Of a stretch of DNA of 64,000 nt, positions 45,349 through 55,552 are shown piece after piece. The position numbers and the translations under genes are program-made. Source of the DNA: Gemmatimonas sp. (GTDB taxonomy: Bacteria; Gemmatimonadota; Gemmatimonadetes; Gemmatimonadales; Gemmatimonadaceae); contig JANNVQ010000010.1 of assembly GCA_031414535.1 (NCBI GenBank), positions 18,749-82,748 on the forward strand, read 5' to 3'. Below the pieces are notes generated by a model. The model had not been told where the DNA came from, did no database searches, and was given only the letters and a program-made list of their open reading frames with translations. Numbering within the stretch: the first letter of the stretch is position 1; each line of letters opens with the position of its first letter.

Positions 45349-45961
45349 TGGCTTTTCTGAGTCGCGCCGCCTTCGCGCGATTCCCGCAGGTCTTCATGTC
45401 ACACCAGCGTCTTGAGTGGTTCTTGGTTTCATCCGCGAAGTAGCGCGGGCAACGTCGGCCAGAGCAGTTGCGGATGCGCGGGAGTTCGCCGCGTACGAGT
45501 GAGTCTGCAGCGCTTTCGATGACCGGTATCACGAGGCCGCCGAAGGCATCACCGACAGGCACGAAAGACCGGACGTAGCTGTCGGCATCCGTCGGCTCCA
45601 AACGACGGGTGCCGACAGAGCGTCCGAGGATGCGATTGATCTCCTCGACGGTCTGTGCCCTCACGTGTGCGCCGCGCTCGCCGCTGCCCTGCGCGGCGAG
45701 TTGCCGGAGCACCGCACGCACGCGCCGCGCTTCCACCAGCGCGGCTGTCGCACCCGAGGGCTGCTCGGCGGCGCGTCGCCTGAGCAGGGCGGCCCGTTCG
45801 AGATCAATCACGTGGGCCGTCTCGAGCCAGACGACGAACGCCTCAAACGTCGCGATGCCGTCTACCGTGACGCCGAGCCGCAGGTCGTCGGTATTGATGA
45901 AGTCGAGCCAGAGTCGGCCGGAGATGAATACCGGGGGCGGTAGCTCGGCGCGCGAGGGCAT
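45326..45961 (-). CDS. ABATE / CGNR zinc-finger domain protein
   Basis: LDFINT; C..C..F.D..KN.SRRWC.M..CGNRAK. Confidence 0.92.
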   Translation of the reverse strand: MPSRAELPPPVFISGRLWLDFINTDDLRLGVTVDGIATFEAFVVWLETAHVIDLERAALLRRRAAEQPSGATAALVEARRVRAVLRQLAAQGSGERGAHVRAQTVEEINRILGRSVGTRRLEPTDADSYVRSFVPVGDAFGGLVIPVIESAADSLVRGELPRIRNCSGRRCPRYFADETKNHSRRWCDMKTCGNRAKAARLRKARRKTEDG

Positions 45962-46009
45962 ACGCGAAGATATCGCGTGGCGTGGGGATTCGCCCGTAGA
46001 TTCCCCGCC

Positions 46010-46549
46010 ATGCGCGATTCAATCAAAACAGTGGCGGTGGGTTCGGGGAATCCGGTGAAGCTGGCCGCAGCCCAGAGTGTGGTGACGGCGTACTTCGCGG
46101 GTTGCGAAGTGGTGGCGAAGCCGGTGCCGAGTGGTGTGCCGGATCAGCCGTTCGGCGATGAGCAGACCATTGCTGGGGCACGTGAGCGCGCACGCCGCGC
46201 GCGCGAGGCCACGGATGCAGACTTGGGTGTAGGCCTCGAGGGCGGCGTGGTGGACGGCCGCAGTGGCATGCACACCTGTGCCTGGTGCGTGGTGGTGCAT
46301 CGTGACGGCCGCGAAGGTGTGGGTGGTTCGCTGGCGATGCCGCTGCCTCCGGCCGTGGCGCAGATGATTCGTGAGGGGGAGGAGCTGGGGTTCGCGATGG
46401 ACAAGTTCGCCAACGAGCGCGGAACCAAGCACGGCAAGGGCGCGGTGGGCATTCTCACCGCCGGCCGCATTGATCGCCAAGGGGCGTACGAGGTTCTGGT
46501 CACGTATGCGCTGGCACCGTTCGTGACGCCGGAACTGTTTGAGCGCTAA
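46010..46549 (+). CDS. yjjX: Inosine/xanthosine triphosphatase
   Basis: GSGNPVK, SGVPDQP, GLEGG, GAVGILT. Confidence 0.88.
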   Translation: MRDSIKTVAVGSGNPVKLAAAQSVVTAYFAGCEVVAKPVPSGVPDQPFGDEQTIAGARERARRAREATDADLGVGLEGGVVDGRSGMHTCAWCVVVHRDGREGVGGSLAMPLPPAVAQMIREGEELGFAMDKFANERGTKHGKGAVGILTAGRIDRQGAYEVLVTYALAPFVTPELFER

Positions 46550-46565
46550 ATACTACGAAGGGCGG

Positions 46566-46706
46566 TCACCACGGAGGCACGGAGTCGCGGAGACTACAAC
46601 TGCCAGAGCGCCAACAGCTGTTTGAGGGGGCTCGCACCGACATGTCGTTGCGAGCCCCCTGAGGTTCTGCTTACGCAGTCTCTGTGCCTCTGTGTCTCCG
46701 TGGTGA
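46566..46706. repeat. Nested inverted-repeat element (octamer arms + inner hairpin)
   Basis: 30-bp arms (25/30) and inner 12-bp perfect stem AGGGGGCTCGCA/TGCGAGCCCCCT. Confidence 0.85.
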
Positions 46707-46714
46707 ATAGCAGT

Positions 46715-47632
46715 TCAGTCTTTCATGGGACGCAAGACGAGCACCGGCCGCCGCGCGCCGCGGATCAGCTTGTCCGCCACCGAGCCCACGATGAGCCGCG
46801 ACAGGCCGCGGCCCTGCGTGGCCAGCGCGAGCATGTTGGGGTCGGTTTCCACGACGTGGGCCAGAATTGCCTTCACCGGTGACATCTCTACGCGCACGGT
46901 GGCGTGCGCTTTCAAGCCCGCCTCAACGAGACCTTTTACCACCACGTCAATTGCTGCCTTGGCCGCCGTGGCCTCAGCGTCAATGCCGTAGGGATCTGGG
47001 CGCTCGTTGGCAACGATGCTGGCCACGTCATTTGGAATGAACGGCGCGACCATGCGGACCACATCCACCGAGGCGCCGAAGAGCAGGGCCAGATCGCGGG
47101 CCATTGGGATGATGCCATCGGCGCGGGCACTGCCGTCGAGCGCGATGGCAATTCGCTTGGGCACGAAGGCCTCGCCCGCGTGGGCATCGTTCTCCGGGAG
47201 CGCGAGGACGGGACGATGCGAGTGGCGGATGACCGCGTCGCAGACCGAGCCGAGCCAGCCGGGCGCGAATCCGCCGGCCCCGTGCGTGGTCATGACGATG
47301 AGTCCGGCGTTCACCTCGGTGGCCGCCTCGACAATGCAGGCGCCCGGAGTGCCATCAACTACTGTGGTGCTCACTTCTACGCCCCAATCTTTGGAGAGAT
47401 TGTGCGCCTGCTCGTCGAGGTAGCGTTGGGCTCGCCCGCGCAACGAATCATCCGCCTCAAGCATGTCTTGGGTGAATACACCCTCGGCGGTGGCACCGAC
47501 AATGGCCAATGGGACATGGGTGCGCAACAGATGCACCTTGCCGCCGGCGCGTCGGGCAATATCGAGTGCGATGGGGAGGGCGCGTTCGGCTAGCTGCGAC
47601 CCATCGAGAGGCACGAGGATCGTGCGGAGCAT
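46715..47632 (-). CDS. Tandem-domain universal stress protein
   Basis: ILVPLDGS; MTTHG..LGSV; second domain ALDGS..GSVADKL. Confidence 0.92.
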   Translation of the reverse strand: MLRTILVPLDGSQLAERALPIALDIARRAGGKVHLLRTHVPLAIVGATAEGVFTQDMLEADDSLRGRAQRYLDEQAHNLSKDWGVEVSTTVVDGTPGACIVEAATEVNAGLIVMTTHGAGGFAPGWLGSVCDAVIRHSHRPVLALPENDAHAGEAFVPKRIAIALDGSARADGIIPMARDLALLFGASVDVVRMVAPFIPNDVASIVANERPDPYGIDAEATAAKAAIDVVVKGLVEAGLKAHATVRVEMSPVKAILAHVVETDPNMLALATQGRGLSRLIVGSVADKLIRGARRPVLVLRPMKD

Positions 47633-47750
47633 ACTACCTCCGGTCCTGAGGGGAAACGTCAGCGCCGGAACTGCATCCGACGGTACTGAATGCTACCATT
47701 CTACACCCCGAGCAGTGTAGGACGTTCCCCGAACCTCTGTCAGCAGAATC

Positions 47751-48182
47751 GTGACATCTCCAGTGACCCTCCCATTCCGCATCCAGCAGCGCGTGCGCTG
47801 GAGCGACTGTGACCCACTCGGCATCATCTGGTACGGTGCCTACCTCAAGTACTTTGAGGCCGCCGAGCACGACATGCTGCGCGCGGCGGGGCTGCCATTC
47901 GAGACGCTGCGTCTCGAACGGAAGGTGCAGATCCCGCGCAAGGCGTTCCAAGTGGAGTTCCACTCACCGGCGCAGATGGACGAGATGCTTGATGTGGAAG
48001 CGGGCGTGGCGAAGATCGGCAACACGTCGCTGACCTTTCGCTTCGAGGCCTACAAATCGGGCGAGCGGCTGCACCGTGCCAGTGCGACGCTGACTGTGGT
48101 GAGCGTGGTGAAGGAGTCCATGGCAAAGAAGCCAATCGAACCCTGGCTGCGCGATGCGCTCGCGCCCTACCTCATTCCGTAA
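47751..48182 (+). CDS. Acyl-CoA thioesterase (4HBT/YbgC family)
   Basis: VRWSDCDPLGII.Y..Y..YFE. Confidence 0.88.
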   Translation: MTSPVTLPFRIQQRVRWSDCDPLGIIWYGAYLKYFEAAEHDMLRAAGLPFETLRLERKVQIPRKAFQVEFHSPAQMDEMLDVEAGVAKIGNTSLTFRFEAYKSGERLHRASATLTVVSVVKESMAKKPIEPWLRDALAPYLIP

Positions 48183-49632
48183 CGGCCTTGATGCCAATGG
48201 CTGGTGTCTTGGCGTTGGCTTCCATGGCGCGCGACACCCGACGCTGAAGTCGCTGCAGGCCATCGTAGGCGGCGTACTTGAACGCGTCGCCAAGGGTGGG
48301 ATAGTTGAACACGGCCTCGATGAAGTACTCAAGGTTTCCGTTAAAGTGGATGACGGCGGCGGGGACGTGAATCAGCTCGCAGGCCCCTTCGCCGAAGACG
48401 CTGGCGCCGATGAGCAGTTTGTCGTCCGAGCGGAAGACGAGTTTCACGAAGCCTTCGGTGTCGCCGATGATCTGGCCGCGGGGATTCGTCCTGAACGAGG
48501 CTTTCCCAATCTCCACGGGAATGCCCTTGCTACGCGCTTCGTCCTCGCCCATGCCGACAGTGGCAATCTCGGGCACGGTCCACACGCCGTAGGGGAGAAT
48601 GGTGCCCATGGACAACTTGTACTTGAGATCAAACGCGTGGCACATGGCGACGCGGGCCTGGTCCATGGCCGTGGACGCGAGGGCGGGGAAGCCGACGATG
48701 TCGCCGGCCGCGAAGATGTGTGACGCACTGGTGCGGTAGGCGGAATCCACCTGCACGAAGCCGCGCTGATTGGTCTTCACGCCGGCGTTGCCCAGATGCA
48801 GAGTCTCAATGTTGCCCTCACGGCCAGCGCAATAGAGCACGCAGTCGGCAATGAGTTCGCGACCATCGCCGAGGGTCACGGTTGCGAGATCGCCATCCAG
48901 CTTGACGCCTGTGACAGCAGCGTCGAGCACTACCTGTACGCCCAGCCGGCGCGTGAGTTCGGTACGCAGGGAGTCGGAGAGGTCGGTGTCGAGTTGCATC
49001 AAGAGGCGCTCACGCGAGTTCACCAAGGTGACACGCACGCCGAGCGCTCCGAAGATGCCAGCGTATTCGCAGCCAATGACGCCACCCCCAATCACAACGA
49101 GGCGGCGCGGGATCTGCGAGAGCGTGAGGACGTCGTCGGAATCGACAACGACGCGCCCGTCGAACGGGATGTCGGATGGGTGCGAGGGCCGCGAGCCGGT
49201 GGCGAGCAGGAAGACATCGGCAGTGATGCGCCGAGCCGTCTGGCCGAAGCGGTTGACGTCCACCGTTTTGGCATCGACGAAGTGGGCCTGTCCCTGCACC
49301 TTGGTGATGTGGTGGCGCTCGATGTTGGCATCAATCATCTGCCACGAGGCCTCGACCACCGCTCGCTCCCGGTGCATGAAATCGCCGATGGTGATGTCGG
49401 ACTTGACCCGATAATCCACTCCGTAGAGGCCGCGCTGGCGCAGGCCGCTTAGGTAGAGGGCGGTTTCCCGCAGGGTTTTGGAGGGAATCGTGCCCGTATT
49501 GACCGCGGCACCGCCGGGCTTTGGTGCGCGTTCAATAAGGCAGACGGATTTGCCGAAGTAGGCGGCCTGCGCCGCCCCCTTCTCTCCCGCCGGTCCGCTC
49601 CCAATCACGCACAAGTCGTAGTGCTCGGCCAT
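48172..49632 (-). CDS. sthA: Soluble pyridine nucleotide transhydrogenase
   Basis: GSGPAG, NTGTIPSKTLRE, GGGVIGCEYA, FNYPTL. Confidence 0.9.
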   Translation of the reverse strand: MAEHYDLCVIGSGPAGEKGAAQAAYFGKSVCLIERAPKPGGAAVNTGTIPSKTLRETALYLSGLRQRGLYGVDYRVKSDITIGDFMHRERAVVEASWQMIDANIERHHITKVQGQAHFVDAKTVDVNRFGQTARRITADVFLLATGSRPSHPSDIPFDGRVVVDSDDVLTLSQIPRRLVVIGGGVIGCEYAGIFGALGVRVTLVNSRERLLMQLDTDLSDSLRTELTRRLGVQVVLDAAVTGVKLDGDLATVTLGDGRELIADCVLYCAGREGNIETLHLGNAGVKTNQRGFVQVDSAYRTSASHIFAAGDIVGFPALASTAMDQARVAMCHAFDLKYKLSMGTILPYGVWTVPEIATVGMGEDEARSKGIPVEIGKASFRTNPRGQIIGDTEGFVKLVFRSDDKLLIGASVFGEGACELIHVPAAVIHFNGNLEYFIEAVFNYPTLGDAFKYAAYDGLQRLQRRVSRAMEANAKTPAIGIKAVTE

Positions 49633-49667
49633 ACGCGCCAACGTACGATTTTCACTAGATTTCCGCT

Positions 49668-50882
49668 ATGTCTGCTGACCCCACGTACGTCCGGAAAGGC
49701 TTCGGTTTGAAGGCCCAAGTTCAGGACACCCTGACCGCCGATTACGACGGCCACTTGGTGGACCTCCTGTTGGCCCGCGAGTACACCCTCCAGGTGGGGG
49801 ATGTGACCATCCGCTTGGCCAAGGAATTTGGCTTCTGCTATGGGGTGGAGCGTGCCGTGGAGTATGCCTACCAGACGCGGATCAAATTCCCCGACAAGCG
49901 CATCTTCCTGGCGGGCGAGATCATCCACAATCCGCACGTGAACGCCAAGTTGAAGGAAATGGGTATCCATTTCCTCAAGCCCAGCGACAAGGGCTTCGAC
50001 TACACAGGCGTGGAGCCTCAGGATGTGGTGATTCTGCCCGCATTCGGCGTCACGATCCACGACTTTGAGACGCTTCGTGCCAAGGGCTGTGTGATGGTGG
50101 ACACCACCTGCGGTTCGGTGCTCAATGTGTGGAAGCGCGTGGAGGCCTATGCCCGCGATGGCTTCACCTCGCTAATTCACGGCAAGTACTACCACGAGGA
50201 GACGCGCGCGACGGCCTCGCAGGTGGAGAAGTACGAAGGCGGTACCTATCTCGTGGTGCGCGACATGGCGCAGGCCGAGGAAGTGATGGCCTACATCGCC
50301 GGGACCTTTCCTGGTGGACGCGAAGCCTTCCTCAAGAAGTACGCGCATGCGGCGAGCCCGCACTTCGATCCGGATTTGCATCTGCAACGCGTCGGCGTAG
50401 CCAACCAGACTACGATGCTCGCGCGCGAGTCGCTGGCCATCGGCGAAGCTGTGGGCCTGACAATGAATCACGTGTTCGGTGAGTCGCACCGTGCGGAGCA
50501 CTTCCGCACCTTCGACACCATCTGCTCGGCCACGCAGGACCGTCAGGATGCGGTCAACGCATTGTTGACTGAGCCATTGGATGTGATGCTCGTGATTGGC
50601 GGCTACAACTCATCCAATACAATCTCCCTTGCGGCACTTTGCGCCGAGAAGGTGAAGACGTATCACGTGGAAGATGCCAACTGCATTGATTTCGTGAACG
50701 GCTCGATTCGCCATCGCGAGGCCAAGAGCGCGCACGAGGTGGACGAGGCAGGCTGGCTGGCGATGCCAGGTCCGATCCGCGTGGGGCTGACCGCCGGAGC
50801 GAGCACGCCGAACAACAAGATCGGTGAGGCGGTATCTCGCGTGTTGCAGACGCGCGGACTGGATCCAGCGACCGTTTCGTAA
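49668..50882 (+). CDS. ispH: 4-hydroxy-3-methylbut-2-enyl diphosphate reductase
   Basis: GFCYGVERA, IIHN, DTTC, HEE, NQTT, TICSAT, SSN, TAGASTP. Confidence 0.95.
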   Translation: MSADPTYVRKGFGLKAQVQDTLTADYDGHLVDLLLAREYTLQVGDVTIRLAKEFGFCYGVERAVEYAYQTRIKFPDKRIFLAGEIIHNPHVNAKLKEMGIHFLKPSDKGFDYTGVEPQDVVILPAFGVTIHDFETLRAKGCVMVDTTCGSVLNVWKRVEAYARDGFTSLIHGKYYHEETRATASQVEKYEGGTYLVVRDMAQAEEVMAYIAGTFPGGREAFLKKYAHAASPHFDPDLHLQRVGVANQTTMLARESLAIGEAVGLTMNHVFGESHRAEHFRTFDTICSATQDRQDAVNALLTEPLDVMLVIGGYNSSNTISLAALCAEKVKTYHVEDANCIDFVNGSIRHREAKSAHEVDEAGWLAMPGPIRVGLTAGASTPNNKIGEAVSRVLQTRGLDPATVS

Positions 50883-50887
50883 GCGCC

Positions 50888-51856
50888 GTGCCCGCGCTCG
50901 CAGCTGCAGCGCCCGGGTTCGTCGCCCTCGAAGGTGGCGATTCCCGCATTGAAGTGGTGCCGGCGCTTGGGGGCCGAGTGCGCTCGCTCGAGCTCTTTGG
51001 CAACGAGTGGCTGTATCAGGGTGGCGCAGGCGAACTCCCGAAGTTGAATGCACATCCGCAGACTGGCGCAGGCTGGGATGAATGCGCGCCAAGCGTGGGT
51101 GGCGGCACCGTGCCTGAGTGGGTGAAAGGTGTGGGCGGCCGTCCGCTCCCGGTGGGCGGCGAGGCGCGGGCCCAACATCCTGAGACGCATCTCGTGACCG
51201 ACAAGGATGGGCACAAGCTGACGCACACGTGGCGTGGCGAGCGTATGCCTTGGGTGATGACGCGCACGATGCTGGTGCGGCCAGACGGTGCCGTCGAGGC
51301 ACGCTACGAGGCGCTGACGACGGGAAAGGAGCGTCTGCCCTTCCTGTGGAGTTCGTGGATGGTGTTTCCGTTGACGAAAACGACGCGGCTTCGCCTGCCC
51401 GATGGCGGCCGCTTTCGTGTGGCCACGCTCACGGGAACCAAGATGGAAGGTACGGTGATGGAGGGCGACGGCCGATGGCCCCGCCTGATGATGGACGAGA
51501 AGTCGCGTGACCTGTCTACGCCGTGGAGCATTCCGCGCAAAGCCCAATTGGGTGCGTGGCTCGACATGGGCAGCGGCCGCTCGATGATTCAGCTGTGGCA
51601 GGATGATGCGAAGCTGACCATCAGTTGCGATGGCGCCGGTGTACCCTACTGCGGTGTGTTTATTGACCGGAGCGGGATGCATCACGTGCGGAAGCAACGC
51701 CTGCAGAAGATCGCAACGCCGACGCTCTGCTTGGCACCCTCGCTCGGTGCACCGGACAACTACAAAGACGCGCTAGGCGATTGGCAATCCATGACGTGGT
51801 TGGTGCCCGGCGAGCCGCGGCGCTGGACCGTGTCAATTCGAGGGGGTACGTCGTGA
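50888..51856 (+). CDS. Galactose mutarotase-like fold protein
   Basis: PALGGRVRSL, GWDECAP, PFLWS. Confidence 0.6.
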   Translation: MPALAAAAPGFVALEGGDSRIEVVPALGGRVRSLELFGNEWLYQGGAGELPKLNAHPQTGAGWDECAPSVGGGTVPEWVKGVGGRPLPVGGEARAQHPETHLVTDKDGHKLTHTWRGERMPWVMTRTMLVRPDGAVEARYEALTTGKERLPFLWSSWMVFPLTKTTRLRLPDGGRFRVATLTGTKMEGTVMEGDGRWPRLMMDEKSRDLSTPWSIPRKAQLGAWLDMGSGRSMIQLWQDDAKLTISCDGAGVPYCGVFIDRSGMHHVRKQRLQKIATPTLCLAPSLGAPDNYKDALGDWQSMTWLVPGEPRRWTVSIRGGTS

Positions 51857-52737
51857 CCGCAATCTCTACGCTGCTGGATGGCTTGGTGGACTATGCCGGA
51901 CTGTTTCCGCCGGCGTCCTTGCCGATGGAGGAGGCCGTCCAGAACTACGCGCGCTACCGCGAAGGGGAGCAGCGCGAGATGCTGGCGCGCTTTGTGGTGC
52001 CGGCGCAGCGACTGCCGGAGTTCGTGCGCGCAGCGTCACTGCTTGATTTCGAGGCGGACTCACTCGCTTGGCCTCTGGCCGTGCTCGCGAGTGCGAATGA
52101 CGCCGAATTGCTTGCGCTGTTCAATCGCGAGCACAACCAGCGCTTCTACGTGGATATCGTTGAGGCCAAGGTCGCGACGCCTGAGGACGTGAAGGCGCTG
52201 GCCGCGGCGTATCCAGGGACGACGGTGTACGTGGAGATTCCGCTGGATGATGATCTCGAGGAGTTCATCGTGGCGATCGCCGACTCTCATCTGCGGGCCA
52301 AGATTCGCACGGGTGGTACGGCACCAGAGCTTTTCCCCACGCCTCCGCAGGTGCTGCGTTTTCTGGAGATTTGCGTGCGCCGCCAAGTGGCATTCAAAGC
52401 GACGGCGGGACTGCATCATCCGTTGCGTGGGGAGTATCCGCTCACCTACGGGCCCAACGCCGAGATTGGCACGATGTATGGATTCTTGAATGTGTTCCTC
52501 GCGGCGGCACTGCTGCATTCAGGGTACGAGCCGCGGACCTTGATGCCGCTGCTCGAGGAACGCGACCCGTCCACCATTGCCAGCGATGCCAACGGCATCT
52601 CGTGGCGCGAGTTCCACGTGAGTGCCGCGCAGGTGGCGCAGGCGCGGGCGCGATTTGCGGGATCCTTCGGTTCGTGTTCCTTTGAAGAGCCGGTACAGGA
52701 CTTAGCGGCGATCTCGTTGCTTCCCTCCCTCATATGA
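51853..52737 (+). CDS. Conserved hypothetical protein upstream of fahA
   Basis: DYAGLFPPA, KIRTGG, FKATAGLHHP, SFGSCSF; GTGA and ATGA overlaps. Confidence 0.75.
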   Translation: MTAISTLLDGLVDYAGLFPPASLPMEEAVQNYARYREGEQREMLARFVVPAQRLPEFVRAASLLDFEADSLAWPLAVLASANDAELLALFNREHNQRFYVDIVEAKVATPEDVKALAAAYPGTTVYVEIPLDDDLEEFIVAIADSHLRAKIRTGGTAPELFPTPPQVLRFLEICVRRQVAFKATAGLHHPLRGEYPLTYGPNAEIGTMYGFLNVFLAAALLHSGYEPRTLMPLLEERDPSTIASDANGISWREFHVSAAQVAQARARFAGSFGSCSFEEPVQDLAAISLLPSLI

Positions 52738-54065
52738 CCACTGATCCTACGCTGGACCCTACGCTGGATCCCGCGCTGCGCAGTTGGGTGAAGTCTGCCA
52801 ATGTGCCGAGCACGGACTTCCCGATTCAAAATCTGCCATTTGGTTGCTTCCATCCGGCAGAGGGACAGGCGGCGCGGATTGGTGTGGCGATCGGTGATTC
52901 GATTGTTGATCTCCTCGTGGCTCGCGATGCTGGATTGCTTGACGGGTTGAAGGCCGATGTGGTGGAAGCTTGCGGTGCGGAGTCGCTGACGCCGCTGTTC
53001 GCGACGGGGCGCGGGGGCATCTCGGCAGTGCGCCAGCGCGTGTCGGCCCTGTTGCAGGAAGGCGCAGCCTTGAGCGCGCGGGCCCAACAAGTGCCTGGAT
53101 TGGTACAGCCCCAAGCGGCCGTGATGATGGCGATGCCTGCGGTGGTCGGTGACTACACCGACTTCTACGCGAGCATTGATCACGCCACGAACGTGGGCTC
53201 GATGTTCCGTCCGGATAATCCGCTGCTGCCCAATTACAAGCACGTGCCCATTGGCTATCACGGGCGGGCGAGCTCGCTAGTGGTGAGCGGAACGCCGGTG
53301 AAGCGGCCTTTCGGACAGAGCTCAGCGAAGCCGGAAGGGCCGCCGGGTTTTGGTCCGAGTGCGCGCATGGACTACGAGCTTGAAGTGGGCGCGTTCATCG
53401 CGGGCGGCAATGCGATGGGCTACGCGATTCCCTTGCACGAAGCCGAGCAGCACATCGCGGGTCTGGTGTTGGTGAACGATTGGTCGGCGCGCGATGTGCA
53501 GAGCTGGGAGTATCAGCCGCTTGGGCCCTTCCTTGCGAAGAACTTTGCGACGAGCGTGTCTCCGTGGGTGGTGACGCTGGATGCGCTGGAGCCCTTCCGT
53601 GTACCGGCTCGTGCGCGTGGCGCTGAGGATCCCGCCCTGCTGCCGTACTTGGTGGATGCGGGTAACGAGACGCTTGGTGGGTTTGGCATCACGCTGGAGG
53701 TGTACTTGCTGACGGCCAAGATGCGCGAGGCTGGGGACAAACCCACGCGGATCAGCCACGGTGACTTTACGCGGATGTACTGGACGCTCGGGCAAATGTT
53801 GACGCATCACGCGAGCAACGGCTGCAACATGCGCGCGGGTGATTTGATTGCGAGTGGGACGGTATCGGGTGCGGCCAAGGATTCGCGTGGCTGCATGCTG
53901 GAGCTCGCTTGGCGCGGTGCGGAGCCGATTACGCTGCCGAACGGTGAGACGCGGGCGTTTCTCGCGGATGGCGATGAGGTCATCATGCGCGGATGGTGCG
54001 AGAAGGCTGGCGCGGTGCGGATTGGGTTAGGCGAAGTGCGTGGCGTGTTGCTGCCAGCTGGCTAA
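52734..54065 (+). CDS. fahA: Fumarylacetoacetase
   Basis: FPIQNLPFG, DYTDFY, YHGRASS, DYELE, NDWSARD, PLGPF. Confidence 0.95.
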   Translation: MTTDPTLDPTLDPALRSWVKSANVPSTDFPIQNLPFGCFHPAEGQAARIGVAIGDSIVDLLVARDAGLLDGLKADVVEACGAESLTPLFATGRGGISAVRQRVSALLQEGAALSARAQQVPGLVQPQAAVMMAMPAVVGDYTDFYASIDHATNVGSMFRPDNPLLPNYKHVPIGYHGRASSLVVSGTPVKRPFGQSSAKPEGPPGFGPSARMDYELEVGAFIAGGNAMGYAIPLHEAEQHIAGLVLVNDWSARDVQSWEYQPLGPFLAKNFATSVSPWVVTLDALEPFRVPARARGAEDPALLPYLVDAGNETLGGFGITLEVYLLTAKMREAGDKPTRISHGDFTRMYWTLGQMLTHHASNGCNMRAGDLIASGTVSGAAKDSRGCMLELAWRGAEPITLPNGETRAFLADGDEVIMRGWCEKAGAVRIGLGEVRGVLLPAG

Positions 54066-54086
54066 TCACTCTTTTTGGAGCATTCG

Positions 54087-54962
54087 ATGCACGGATTGAT
54101 TCTCTCAGCGGTGCTTCTGCTCGGCGCGTCCACTGCGTTCGCGCAGGGGGGCACGGACATCTGGGTCGTTGAGCTGAGGGGCCAAGGCTCGGCGTTAGAG
54201 GTCGGGCGGCCGCGCAACGTCACGAATCGCGCGGGCTACGACAATCAGCCGCAGTTCACAGCCGATGGAAGCGCACTGCTGTTCAACCGTGTTGAAGATG
54301 GTGGACGCGCTGACAGCTGGCGTCTGCGAGTTGCCGATGGAGCATTGACGCCGATCACCAACACAGCGGTGGAGCAGGAGTATTCGCCCACGCCGATGCC
54401 AGACGGCTCAGGGTTCAGCGCCATCGTGGTGGAAGCCGATAGCACGCAGCGGCTCTGGGCCTACGATTGGAACGGCGTGCCGCAGCGTCCTATTGTCGCG
54501 GGTCTGAAGCCCGTGGGCTATCACGTGTGGATTGGCAGATCAATGATTGGTGCTTTCGTGCTCAACAATCCCGCACCGAACGCGCTGGTGTTGATGCATC
54601 CATTGACGGATCGCGTGGATACTTTGGCGCGCGGGATTGAGCGGGCGTTTGCGCGTGTGCCGGGACGTGAGGCGTTCACGTTTGTGCAGCGTACGGATTC
54701 ATCGACACTTGTGAGCGAGGTGGATACGCGCACGATGCGTATTCGGCGCGTGATGACAGGGCCTGCGGGGCTGGAGTATCACGTGTGGCTGCCGGATGGC
54801 ACGATGTTGATCAGCGGGCAGGGACAGATTTGGCGTTGGGCGGATTCGCGGTTGACGCCGTTTGTGGATTTGCGGACGTTTGGAATTCGGGGCGTGTCAC
54901 GGTTGGCGCTCAGCCCGGATGGGAAGATGTTGGCGTTTGTGGCTGAGGATGCGCCGCGCTGA
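54087..54962 (+). CDS. Secreted TolB-like beta-propeller protein
   Basis: Signal peptide; GYDNQPQF; EYSPTP; SPDGK.LAFV. Confidence 0.75.
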   Translation: MHGLILSAVLLLGASTAFAQGGTDIWVVELRGQGSALEVGRPRNVTNRAGYDNQPQFTADGSALLFNRVEDGGRADSWRLRVADGALTPITNTAVEQEYSPTPMPDGSGFSAIVVEADSTQRLWAYDWNGVPQRPIVAGLKPVGYHVWIGRSMIGAFVLNNPAPNALVLMHPLTDRVDTLARGIERAFARVPGREAFTFVQRTDSSTLVSEVDTRTMRIRRVMTGPAGLEYHVWLPDGTMLISGQGQIWRWADSRLTPFVDLRTFGIRGVSRLALSPDGKMLAFVAEDAPR

Positions 54963-54988
54963 TCGTAGCCGGTGGGGAGCCATCGCCG

Positions 54989-55429
54989 ATGTGGCGCCAT
55001 ATTCTCCTCTACGGCGTGCTCGCCGGCGTGCTCGTTGCCGTCTTGCGCGGCATCGAGTACCGCTGGCTCGTGATTGACCACTCGCTGGAGATCTACGGCG
55101 GCCTCGTGGCTGCCGTCTTCGCGAGTGTCGGCATTTGGCTCGGTCTCAAGCTCACGCGCAAGCGGATCGAGATTCGCGAGGTGCTGGTGCCCGCGCCCGC
55201 CGTCTTCGTTCGGGATGAAGCCCAAGTCAGCGCGCTCGGTCTGACCCCCCGCGAGCTTGAGATTCTTGAGTTCATGGCCGCCGGCCTGAGCAATAAGGAG
55301 ATCGCCGAGCAGGCCTTCGTGAGCGAAAACACCGTGAAGACGCACGCGAGCCGAGTGCTGGACAAGCTCGGGGCGGCGCGACGCACGCAGGCGATTCAGC
55401 GGGCCAAAGAGCTGCGGCTCATCGCCTAG
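54989..55429 (+). CDS. Membrane-anchored LuxR-family regulator
   Basis: Two TM helices, then LTPRELEIL..GLSNKEIA..VSENTVKTH. Confidence 0.9.
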   Translation: MWRHILLYGVLAGVLVAVLRGIEYRWLVIDHSLEIYGGLVAAVFASVGIWLGLKLTRKRIEIREVLVPAPAVFVRDEAQVSALGLTPRELEILEFMAAGLSNKEIAEQAFVSENTVKTHASRVLDKLGAARRTQAIQRAKELRLIA

Positions 55430-55442
55430 GCGGCATTTTTCG

Positions 55443-55496
55443 TCACCCAAACGGGTGAAAATGCGTCAGATTATCGAAAATCACCCTTTCTGGTGA
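55443..55496. promoter_or_regulatory. Two palindromic boxes TCACCC-N4-KGGTGA
   Basis: 55443-55458 and 55481-55496, between luxR and the DUF4199 gene. Confidence 0.6.
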
Positions 55497-55552
55497 CGCG
55501 CGGGCGGGAGCGGCGGGGCTAGGATGCCGATTCCTCAATCCTTGGAGACCTG

